Of a DNA stretch of 64,000 nt, positions 20,615 to 29,642 are shown in pieces. Below the pieces are notes generated by a model. That model was not told where the DNA came from and made no database searches. It saw only the letters and a list, made by a program, of their open reading frames with translations. The stretch covers positions 132,263-196,262 of the forward strand of contig CAVRYJ010000044.1 in the NCBI GenBank assembly GCA_963725425.1. The letters run 5' to 3'. The first letter of the stretch is position 1, and each line of letters begins with the position of its first letter. A program made the translations under genes and the position numbers. This stretch comes from an uncultured Clostridiaceae bacterium. GTDB lineage: Bacteria > Bacillota > Clostridia > Clostridiales > Clostridiaceae.

Positions 20615-20805
20615 TGTCGTTATTACGGTAGGAATCTGTCGTCATTACGGTAGGAATCTGTCGCTCTTAGGGTAGGAATCTGTCGTCATTACGGTAGGAA
20701 TCTGTCGTTCTTATGGTAGGGATCTGTCGTTGTTACGGTAGGCAAGTGTCGTTGTCTCGGTAGCCATCTGTCGTTGTTACGGTAGGAATGTGTCGTTGTT
20801 AGGTC
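20615..20805. repeat. Iteron array of origin 2: eight full and one partial tandem 22-bp copies of TGTCGTYRTTACGGTAGGAATC
   Basis: Units start at 20615, 20637, 20659, 20681, 20703, 20725, 20747, 20769, 20791; no spacers; upstream of rep2. Confidence 0.92.
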
Positions 20806-21297
20806 TCGTAGACTAGCCTATAGCCGCCTTTTCAGTGGGGTCCAAAACATAAAACAAGTTAAACATATAAAACAAATAAAACAACAACTATGGTTGATGT
20901 TTTATTTGTTTTACTTTTAGAACATTTTCAGGTTGTTGTTGTATAAACAAAGTCTATAATTATGATATATATTAAATTAGATTTTCAATAAAAAATTAAA
21001 GTTCTTTTATAAGTTTACGTAAATAATAGAATAAATGGTATTATAAGTGTCCATTTAGAAAAGGAAGTTTTTATATGAATAAGTTTATATATATATACAT
21101 TTTAATAATTGTGTGTACTATTTTCTGGGCAATGGTATTGTATAAGTTTGTTATAGTGAGAAACATACTGCTTATTATTGCCATGGTATTATTGCTCAAT
21201 TTGATAATACAGTGGTGTTTAAAAGTCATAAGAAAAAATAATAAATAAGCTTTAATTAGGCACAAAGAAGAAAACTGCTTATTATTTTTTTGTTTTT

Positions 21298-22350
21298 CTA
21301 ATATCCCAGCAACTGTTTCTCAAGAGCGGCATAATCATATTCTCTTTGATCATAGTCTGTTAGCTTGTTCACCTTTTGCGTTTTTATAGGTTTCTCATAG
21401 TTTTTAACTGTGGTTTTCAGCCAAGCTATTAAACTTTTGTTAATGTTTTGAGTTTTGGAGTACTCTGCCACTTCTCTTATTAGTTCTAGTGGCTTTTTTC
21501 CACCATCATTGTGTTTGCCTGCACATATATAAATTTCATTTGCAGCTTTATTTGTGATGCTGACGTTTAATACATTTTTAATAATTGCTTTAACCTGAGA
21601 TACATTTTCATCTTGTTTTTTATTTTTTGGAAAATTGGAAACTGTAGTGGAATCTTTTTGTATTAGATTATTAGACTTTATAGTAAATTTAACCCACATT
21701 ACTTTACTATTCTTTTTTATTTCCTCATAGTCAAAACTAATGTCACTGCTATTATTTATCTCATCATAAGCTGATTTTAAAACGTTACGCTTAAATTCAT
21801 AATAAACATCATAGGTTTTAGGACATTCAAGTTTACTTCGTAAATCATCCAGCTTATCAAGTCTCCAGCCTGTATCCTCATATAATTTTAGATAGTAATA
21901 AAGCCGTTTACTGTATGTATTATGAAAATTGATAGGATATTTTATATTGTAAAAACAGGCTCTTTTAGTAGTTAAAAGCAATTGCTTCAATTCATAATCT
22001 AAACTAATCTTAATTTTGCTTTCCCCATCTAAATAGGAAATACTTGAAAACCAAGCAAAATATATTCTATTTTGTTTTTTTTCACTAATCTTTTGAGTTA
22101 TAGAAAAACCTTTTCCTTCAAATGTTTCTACAGCCTTTTTCAAATCCCTGTATATATTGCTTTTGTCTTTGATATTATATAATTTACCATACTTGGATAC
22201 TTCTATTTCATATTGATATTTGTCATCATCTTCAATAGACGCAAATACCATATCCATAATGTCGTTTTGTCTTTTAGTAAGGCTATATCTTGCTTCTATT
22301 ATGGCTTCCGGCCGTTTACAAATTAATTCTCCACCTTTTTTAATCTCCAT
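21298..22350 (-). CDS. Rep_3 initiator, copy 3
   Basis: RPEAIIEARYSLTKRQNDIM, FAWFSSISY, NTYSKRLYYYLK, FKRNVLKSAYDEIN. Confidence 0.9.
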   Translation of the reverse strand: MEIKKGGELICKRPEAIIEARYSLTKRQNDIMDMVFASIEDDDKYQYEIEVSKYGKLYNIKDKSNIYRDLKKAVETFEGKGFSITQKISEKKQNRIYFAWFSSISYLDGESKIKISLDYELKQLLLTTKRACFYNIKYPINFHNTYSKRLYYYLKLYEDTGWRLDKLDDLRSKLECPKTYDVYYEFKRNVLKSAYDEINNSSDISFDYEEIKKNSKVMWVKFTIKSNNLIQKDSTTVSNFPKNKKQDENVSQVKAIIKNVLNVSITNKAANEIYICAGKHNDGGKKPLELIREVAEYSKTQNINKSLIAWLKTTVKNYEKPIKTQKVNKLTDYDQREYDYAALEKQLLGY

Positions 22351-22499
22351 ATTAACTGATTTAATTGTTAAAAAATCAGTTTTTCACCCACCCTTATTTT
22401 AAATTATAATTATGCCGTTGAGAAAAAAACTCCACCTGAAACAAAGAACTCTGTTTATGAGTATATGGTGACGTAATACGTAAATTAAATATTCTTATT

Positions 22500-22590
22500 T
22501 ACGCAGACATTCCTTACGCAAGTCACCGACATTCTCTACGTACCTTCACCGACATAGCTTACGCAAATTACCGACATTATTTACGTAGCA
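22500..22590. repeat. Iteron array of origin 3: four 22-23-bp copies (CCGACATTCCTTACGCAA-like), orphan copy near 22888
   Basis: GACAT cores at 22506, 22528, 22551, 22573; CCGACATTCCTTACGTAA again beyond the heptamer element. Confidence 0.8.
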
Positions 22591-22679
22591 AAACCATCTA
22601 ATCCATTGATATAGCTTATCTGTAGAGATTCTACTATACTCTTACTATACGTTTTACTATAAAATACTATACTACAACT

Positions 22680-22880
22680 AGTGGAGAGTTGAGAATTGAG
22701 AGTGGAGAGTTAAAAGCAATGGACAGTTCACAATGGACAATTGACAATTGAGAGTTAAAAGCAATTTACAATTGTCAATTGACAATTGTAAATTGTCCTT
22801 TCTCCTTTAATCATTAGTTTTTCTGAGCAAAGCGAAGAAAAACTTCCTTAACTGTCCATTGTCCATTGTCAATTTTCAAC
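22680..22880. repeat. Heptamer-armed hairpin element
   Basis: GGAGAGT/GGACAAT/TGACAAT arrays, CTGAGCAAAGCGAAG core, TCCATTG arrays. Confidence 0.8.
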
Positions 22881-23124
22881 CATCTTCCCCGACATTCCTT
22901 ACGTAACTCCACCCACTATACATGTATGCTATTGTTTCAACTATTACCTGAAATTTTACTCATTTTATTCTATTTACCATAGGCTTACTTAAGAGTTATA
23001 ACGGATTAATGTAAATATGTCATAATTGGATTAAATATGTCACATTTATGGCATGTTTATTATTTCCATAAGATATAGTATAATTACATTAAAAAGTTCC
23101 AATCCATAACTAAGGGGGATTGCT

Positions 23125-24275
23125 ATGAAAAAGAAAGTGCTATCATTATTAACTGTTTCAATACTTTGTCCTTTACTCTTTGCTTCTTCAGTGACGTTTA
23201 ATGGACAAGTAACACACCACAATGTGAGTCAAGGACAAATGGTTAGTCAGGGGAGATTTAGGCCTAGAAAAGGCAATATGCAACGAACAGCATATGTACC
23301 TTCACAAATAAAAAATGCTTATGGAATAAGTAAACTTACGGCAACTGGGAAAAATGAAAAATTGCTATTGTTGTAGCCTATGGAAGTCCAACAATAAGCA
23401 CTGATTTAACTGCTTTTGATAACAAATATACTTTAAGTTCTGCAAATCTTCAAACTTTTTATCCTGAAGGCACAGTAACCGCTGACTTAGGCTGGGCAGA
23501 AGAAACTTCTCTCGACGTAGAATGGGCACACGCATTAGCCCCAGATGCTGCTATTGATCTAGTAGTTGCAAAATCTACATCTAACGATGATTTACTAGCT
23601 GCTGTAGATTACGCATCTAATTTAGGTGTACAAGTAGTCTCTATGAGCTGGGGAAATTCTGAATTTTCAGGTGAATTAAGTTTAGATTCGCATTTTATTC
23701 ATCAGGGTACTGTTTATGTAGCAGCCTCAGGTGATAATGGAGCTGGTGCTATATGGCCTGCAGCGTCTGCCAATGTTTTAGCTGTAGGAGGCACAACTCT
23801 TCCTTTGGATTCTAATGGAAATATTAAAGGAAGTGAAACTGCATGGTCCAGTTCTGGCGGCGGTATTAGTAGGTTTGAAACTGAACCAAGTTACCAAAAG
23901 ACTGCTAATATTAAATCAAATAATCATAGAGCAGTGCCAGATGTATCCTTTGATGCAGATCCCAGTACTGGGGTTATGGTAGATTATAATTTAACGTGGT
24001 ACGGAGTTGGTGGTACAAGTTTTTCAACTCCAGCCTGGGCAGCATTTGTTGCTTTAATTGACCAAGGACTCACAGTGCCCTTAACAAATACAACTTTACA
24101 AAGTGAAATGTATAGTTTGGCAAAACCTTCCACATATTCTTCGAACTTTAGGGATATTACTATCGGCAGCAATGGATGGTCACAAAAAGATATGGCTAAA
24201 ACAGGATACGATTTTGTAACAGGACTTGGGACTCCTTTGGAGAATAATTTGTTGAGTAGTTTAAGCACAAATTGA
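23125..24275 (+). CDS. Secreted S53 (sedolisin/kumamolisin-like) peptidase, frameshift in an A-run at ~23357
   Basis: Signal peptide; EETSLDVEWAHA (Glu/Asp), ASGDNG (oxyanion Asp), GGTSFSTP (Ser), GYDFVTGLGTP. Confidence 0.88.
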
Positions 24276-24437
24276 AAGAAAGTTGAGAGTGGAAAGTGGA
24301 GAGTGGAGAGTTAAGGAGGTTTTTCTGAGCTTCGCTCAGAAAAACTAATGATTGAATTTAAATCTTAGATTTTACATAGCTTTGCTACGTAAAATCAACC
24401 TTAATTTTCCACTCTCCACTCTCAATTATCAACTATC
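24275..24437. repeat. Heptamer-armed hairpin element between convergent peptidase and par operon
   Basis: GAGAGTG/GAAAGTG arrays, CTGAGCTTCGCTCAG, TAGCTTTGCTA, ATCAACCTTAA, TCCACTC arrays. Confidence 0.85.
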
Positions 24438-24440
24438 TTT

Positions 24441-24748
24441 TTAATCAGTAAATTCCAAATTATCTAAACACCACTTACACATGATATTCATTAATTCATT
24501 TCTTGAATAGCCACTTTTCTAGCAACTTTGTCAATTTCCTTTATAGTTTCATCTTCCATGTACACGTTAAAAGCTTTTTTATTGCTTTTATCATCCTTTT
24601 TCTTAGACAGTTTAAACTTGTCGTCTACTTTTACTCGTAGCCTTAGTATCAAGTTCATCGCCCTTGACTTTTTTTACTGTTATTAACAACAGTTTTATTG
24701 CTTGAAATTATGTTGCCTTTTAATACTATCCTTTAAATTATTATTCAT
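24441..24748 (-). CDS. Ribbon-helix-helix protein, probable centromere-binding partner of ParA (several indels in the 5' part)
   Basis: C-terminal frame reads KKAFNVYMEDETIKEIDKVARKSGYSRNELMNIMCKWCLDNLEFTD; directly downstream of parA; not in the ORF track. Confidence 0.7.
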
Positions 24749-24786
24749 TTTTTGCACCGCCTTATCATAATAAATTGTATTTTGTT

Positions 24787-25539
24787 CTATTTAATTCTGC
24801 TAATGATTTCGTAGTAAAGCTCTCTATAGGCTTTACTGTGAATTAAACTATAATCCTGTATTACCTTATGAAGAGCAGTGGCTTCTTTATACTTTACACT
24901 GTCATAAATTATAGTCTTTAACAAACTACCCTTTAACTCTTCCTCCACTACCTCATCAAATTGCTTATTAAATATAGTTCTTTTTTCAAATCTATTTCTT
25001 AAAATGCCTAATAACTCTAGATTATCATTTAAGTCACTATCTTTAATTTCATCGGTTATTTTCTTTACCATGTTTAAGCCTTGAAGAGCAGATACAGAAT
25101 TATCTATTATCTCCATATAATAATCACTTAATACTAAACTGTTTTGAACCGTAATACCCAAAAATGGACTATTGTCTATAAGTATAAAATCAAAATCATT
25201 GGCAAACTTAGCATATTTGTTTTTCAAAATACTCTCTCGGCTCATTTTATTATGTAGCTTGCTTTCAAGCATGGAGCTTTCTATAACATTTGGTATCATA
25301 TAAATATAATTATTGTATTGACTTATACAATCCTCAAAGGTAACTTTTGAGTTAGTATATAGATCATATAAAGTATATTCAGATTCTACATTTAAAATTT
25401 GCGTAACATTACTCTGACTATCATTGTCTATAATAAGTACTTTGTGTTTTTGAGCTGCAATAGCTCCAGCCAAATTTATTGTTGTTGTGGTTTTTCCAAC
25501 TCCACCTTTAACATTTAGTATAGTTATTATTTTACCCAT
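24787..25539 (-). CDS. parA: ParA/Soj family partition ATPase
   Basis: KGGVGKTTT deviant Walker A, LIIDNDSQSN, FILIDNSP. Confidence 0.93.
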   Translation of the reverse strand: MGKIITILNVKGGVGKTTTTINLAGAIAAQKHKVLIIDNDSQSNVTQILNVESEYTLYDLYTNSKVTFEDCISQYNNYIYMIPNVIESSMLESKLHNKMSRESILKNKYAKFANDFDFILIDNSPFLGITVQNSLVLSDYYMEIIDNSVSALQGLNMVKKITDEIKDSDLNDNLELLGILRNRFEKRTIFNKQFDEVVEEELKGSLLKTIIYDSVKYKEATALHKVIQDYSLIHSKAYRELYYEIISRIK

Positions 25540-25689
25540 ATTCTCACCTTACTTTTTATATAGAATTTTAAATTTATTGATTTAAGCATCTAAAATTAAC
25601 AGACCACAATACTCACTTGTTTTTTTTTATGATATTTTAATTGGCTACATTCATTGTATAATACGAAAGGTCAAATATCAACAGTAGTT

Positions 25690-26070
25690 AGCAAATAACA
25701 GTATAAATATTTAATGCTAGTATTTAATGTTTGTATAAAATATTAATATTATGTATAAATATTAACATAAATATTTAACATTAATATAAAATATCAATAT
25801 AAAATATTAATATTTTATATTGGAATTAAGTATCTATATTAGTATTGGTACTTAATAACAATATTCCACGTTAATGATTAATACTAATATTAAGGGTTAA
25901 CGTGTCATACTAATATTTAATATTAATACTTTATATTAATATATTTATATAATACTGAACACTGGCATCTAATATCAATACTAAATATAAATATTGTACA
26001 TTAGTATTATATGCTGGTATTTAGTATCATCATATAACGTTAGTATAATGTACTAGCCATGATGTGTTGT
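25690..26070. other. Very AT-rich tract of AATATT/TAGTAT/ATACTA motifs upstream of parA; candidate centromere (parS)
   Basis: Repeated AAATATT(T)AA, TATTAATATT, ATACTAATATT; position typical of type Ib par loci. Confidence 0.4.
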
Positions 26071-26682
26071 ATATTACTTATATGTAAAGTTTTAGATATT
26101 AATTAAATTTACTGTTAAATGCATCCTAGAAATATTTTTAACATAAATTATCCATTAATTTATATTAAAAAAATAGGAGCATATCTAAACTAGATATGCT
26201 CGAACAGAAAAGAATAAATCTAAAAATATAAAGAATACCACATCAGTTGGAAGCAATTATTACCGCATGTACTTACAAATGAGGTGATGAAAATGAAGAC
26301 AAATTTAAAGTTGCTTTTTGATTTTAAATATAAATAATGTGCAATATTTATATTTGATTAAAGTAGCAAAAAATATACAGAAATGTATTTTTTTCTGTTC
26401 TAGGATTATTATACCATACTTTCTGTTATAAAGTTAGTACCTTATTTATTTTATTTTTTTGGCATATAATGTTATTAACATTAATATAACTAAATTTAAA
26501 ATCTTTTTATAAAATTACTTACATAAGACTATAATATTACATAAATAAGAATAGTCAACATATTTATTCCTAGTTACATAAGTAAATTTGGTAATAGATC
26601 TTTTTAAAATAAGTAATACCAGCGGTTAAGGTGCTACTAAATAATTTAAAACAAAATATATTAAAAAATAATTATCCTTAAA

Positions 26683-27732
26683 TTATTTCCATCCTAATAA
26701 TTTTTTTTCTAAATCTTCATAGTCATATTCTCTTTGCTCATAATCCGTGAAGTCGTTTTTCTTTACATGGGGTTCTGGTTCATCAAAGGCTCCGGGTATC
26801 ACCATCTTTATCATGTAACCCACTACATTGTCAATATTATGCTCTAAAGCATAATTGTATACCCGTTTTATTTTGTCTAAATCACCTTCAGCACTATTTA
26901 ATATCTTTAGTGCCTCATAATTCGTTATTTGGTGCTTAGAAGCGATTTTAATTACCTGTAGTGTTTCACGTCTGGTATCATTATTTAAGCCCTCATTTAG
27001 GGTACTGTGGGCGTCAAAAGTTTCGTTTATGTGTTCTATCACTATGTTTTTTCCATTTTTCCTTATATTAAATTTAACACCAGATACTTTTCTAACATTT
27101 TTAAGTTCCATATAATCAACATTTAAATCCGTGTTTTCATTAATTTCTTTTATTGCAACGCTAATAACTTTTTGTTTTAAGTTGGCGTATTTAACGTACT
27201 GATTTTTTTTAATATCTAGTATAACCCTTAGCTCCTCAACGCTTATAGACCTTGCACCTATGGTCTCATATTGTTTAAACAGTTCATAGAGCCTGAAAGA
27301 ATAGGTACTCTTAAACTGCATAATATTTTTTAGCTGATATTTTGAATACCAATCTAAACTTAAATAGAAGGGTTTTAAATCTCTATGTATTTTTAGCTTT
27401 AAAACACCATTGTTATACTTTGCCGTGTCTACCCAATGATATTTTTCCCAGGCTCCTGTAGTCTTGTCTTTTATTTTTATAATTCTTTGCATCACAAGAT
27501 CCGTTATTTTATCAATATCTCTATAAAATCTGCTGTCACTAGTATTTAGTATTTTAATTAACTCTTTTGTTTTGAATTCATATTCCTTGAAATCATCATC
27601 GTCTTTTTTAATCATACTAGCTATTAGCCTAATTAATTTTTGCTCTGTCACTGTTAATGTATAACTAGATTCTATAAGCTTATTGCTTTGATATATCCAA
27701 TTCTCATTTATATTTGTAATCTCTGTAGACAA
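26683..27732 (-). CDS. Rep_3 initiator, copy 4 (TTG start)
   Basis: QSNKLIESSYTLTVTEQKLI, KSTYSFRLYELFKQY; RBS GGGGGTG; promoter TTGATA-N17-TATAAT upstream. Confidence 0.93.
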   Translation of the reverse strand: MSTEITNINENWIYQSNKLIESSYTLTVTEQKLIRLIASMIKKDDDDFKEYEFKTKELIKILNTSDSRFYRDIDKITDLVMQRIIKIKDKTTGAWEKYHWVDTAKYNNGVLKLKIHRDLKPFYLSLDWYSKYQLKNIMQFKSTYSFRLYELFKQYETIGARSISVEELRVILDIKKNQYVKYANLKQKVISVAIKEINENTDLNVDYMELKNVRKVSGVKFNIRKNGKNIVIEHINETFDAHSTLNEGLNNDTRRETLQVIKIASKHQITNYEALKILNSAEGDLDKIKRVYNYALEHNIDNVVGYMIKMVIPGAFDEPEPHVKKNDFTDYEQREYDYEDLEKKLLGWK

Positions 27733-27809
27733 GTAGCACCACCCCCATAAAAATTATTATAACTATATTTTTACCAGTTATCAATAACCAAAAAAATATA
27801 GTTATAGTT

Positions 27810-28044
27810 CACTATCAAAAGGTTATAGTTAAAAAATAGCCTACACTATCAAAAGGTTATAGTTAACTATCTTTAAGTTATAGTTAGCTATCAAAAGGTT
27901 ATAATTCACTATCTTTGAGGTATAGTTCACTATCTTTCAGTTATCTTTTACTATCTTTAAGTTATAGTTAAAAGTCCTTTTCACTATCTTTCAGTTATCT
28001 TTCACTATCATTAGGTTATCTTTCACTATCATTGGGTTATAGTT
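27810..28044. repeat. Iteron array of origin 4: ten 21-bp copies of CACTATCWWWRRGTTATMKTT
   Basis: Starts at 27810, 27844, 27865, 27886, 27907, 27928, 27949, 27982, 28003, 28024. Confidence 0.92.
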
Positions 28045-28249
28045 AGTGATGCTAAACCCAGTTATATCAAGGCTTTAGAGGGTGACTAAAACTCTTAAAT
28101 ATATATAAAACAGCAGAAACAAAAAATCTTATAAAACAACAACAAGATCTTAACCATACTTTTAGTTATACTCAATAGGGGTGTGGTTGGATGAATTTTA
28201 CATTGATGTTATAAAAAGGTAAAAAGTATATACACATTTAAAACGAAAG

Positions 28250-28662
28250 CAGTGGACAATGGACAATTGACAATAAAAAGAAGTGGAGAATGGAGAGTTG
28301 AGAATTGAAAGGTGAGGATGTTTTTCTTCGCTTTGCTCAGAAAAACTAACAATTAAATTTTAAATCTTAAATATTAGATTTTACGTAGCTTGCTACATAA
28401 AATCAACCATAACTCTCAACTTTCAACTTTCAATTTTCAATTCGCTACTCAAAAGAAGTTGAGAATTGAAAATGGAGAGTTGAGAGTGGAGGGTGTTTTT
28501 CTTCGCTTTGCTTAGAAAAACTAACAATTAAGTTTTAAATCTTAAATCTTAGATTTTACGTAGCTTTGCTACATAAAATCAACCTTAATTTTCAACTCTC
28601 CATTCTCCACTCTCCACTATCCTGTGCATTACTAATTGTCCATTGTGCATTGTCCATTGTCA
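28250..28662. repeat. Tandem heptamer-armed hairpin elements (two cores)
   Basis: Two copies of CTTCGCTTTGCTYAGAAAAACTAACAATTAA...GTAGCTT(T)GCTAC...ATCAACC.TAA with heptamer arms. Confidence 0.85.
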
Positions 28663-28859
28663 ATTGTTCTATATATGAAGGACTATAAATCAACCCAAGA
28701 ATTAAAAACAAAAAGAAAGAAACCACAACCCATAAACTGTAGTTTCTTGTATTTGAAAAAGAAAAAACCATTCTCAAAAATTAAAATTAAGCTAAGAACT
28801 TCTATATAAAAAAGAAAATAAGAACTAATGCTAATACTTTTCTACAAAAACAAAATATA

Positions 28860-29033
28860 TCAATCTACTTTTTCTTTTTGTTCTTTATCTATCTTATAGG
28901 AATATTTTTTTATAACGTACCTCATACCTTCCTCAATTAGGTCATTAGCATTTGCTTTCGCTTTAATAGCTAATATTTTAACTTCAATGTATAAATCTTC
29001 ATCAATAGTAGTATTAATATTTTTTCTTGTCAT
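28860..29033 (-). CDS. Small ribbon-helix-helix DNA-binding protein (57 aa)
   Basis: MTRKNINTTIDEDLYIEVKILAIKAKANANDLIEEGMRYVIKKY; not in the ORF track. Confidence 0.7.
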   Translation of the reverse strand: MTRKNINTTIDEDLYIEVKILAIKAKANANDLIEEGMRYVIKKYSYKIDKEQKEKVD

Positions 29034-29239
29034 AAAATAATCCGCTATACAAATTAAACCTTAGGCTTTAGTTTGTATATAACGGCATTCACCTTCCTTT
29101 CTTAGTTTAGTTTTAATTTTTGAGTAAGTTTATATTAAATCTTCTTATTTTTAAACTTTCTAAATCAATGGTATTGGTATAATTATCATATAAAAAAAGA
29201 ATATTTTAACTATATGATAATTTAAATATTAACACATAG

Positions 29240-29268
29240 TTGACAATGATACAATGTTTTGTTAAAAT
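29240..29268 (+). promoter_or_regulatory. Candidate sigmaA promoter of the S-layer-like gene
   Basis: TTGACA-N17-TAAAAT with an extended TG motif. Confidence 0.55.
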
Positions 29269-29642
29269 CATCTCATACAACCTATTGAGGAACAAAAAAC
29301 TTTTAAAGTATAAAATTCCTAATAAATAAAGCAAATTTATCTTAAAACTTGCCTATAAAAGTAATTTTATGCTATTATAAAAGAGGAATTTTGTTCTAAA
29401 CGTAGAATATTAAACAAGATAAACTTAAATATGTATTTTTTTATGTATTTTTTTGGAACAACGGAACAAATTGATTAATTAAAAAACACTGATGATTTAA
29501 AGTTCGAAAAGGTTTATTAAAATTTTTGCCTATTTAAAATTATGATGCGGATTTTGTTATTTAAGAATTCTTTTATAATTAAGCAACATATATTAGGTAG
29601 ACAATATTTTTTAAATATAAAAAGAATAAAGGAGATTGGAAA

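Noticed and set aside
20615-20805. Possible CRISPR array (also considered for 18008-18154 and 27810-28044)
   Set aside because: Units are contiguous 21-22-mers without unique spacers, no cas genes are present, and each array lies upstream of a rep gene, so they are iterons.
28592-28777. 61-aa minus-strand ORF, or a remnant of a fifth replicon
   Set aside because: It overlaps the heptamer repeat and a low-complexity AAAC tract; no rep motifs or iterons are nearby.
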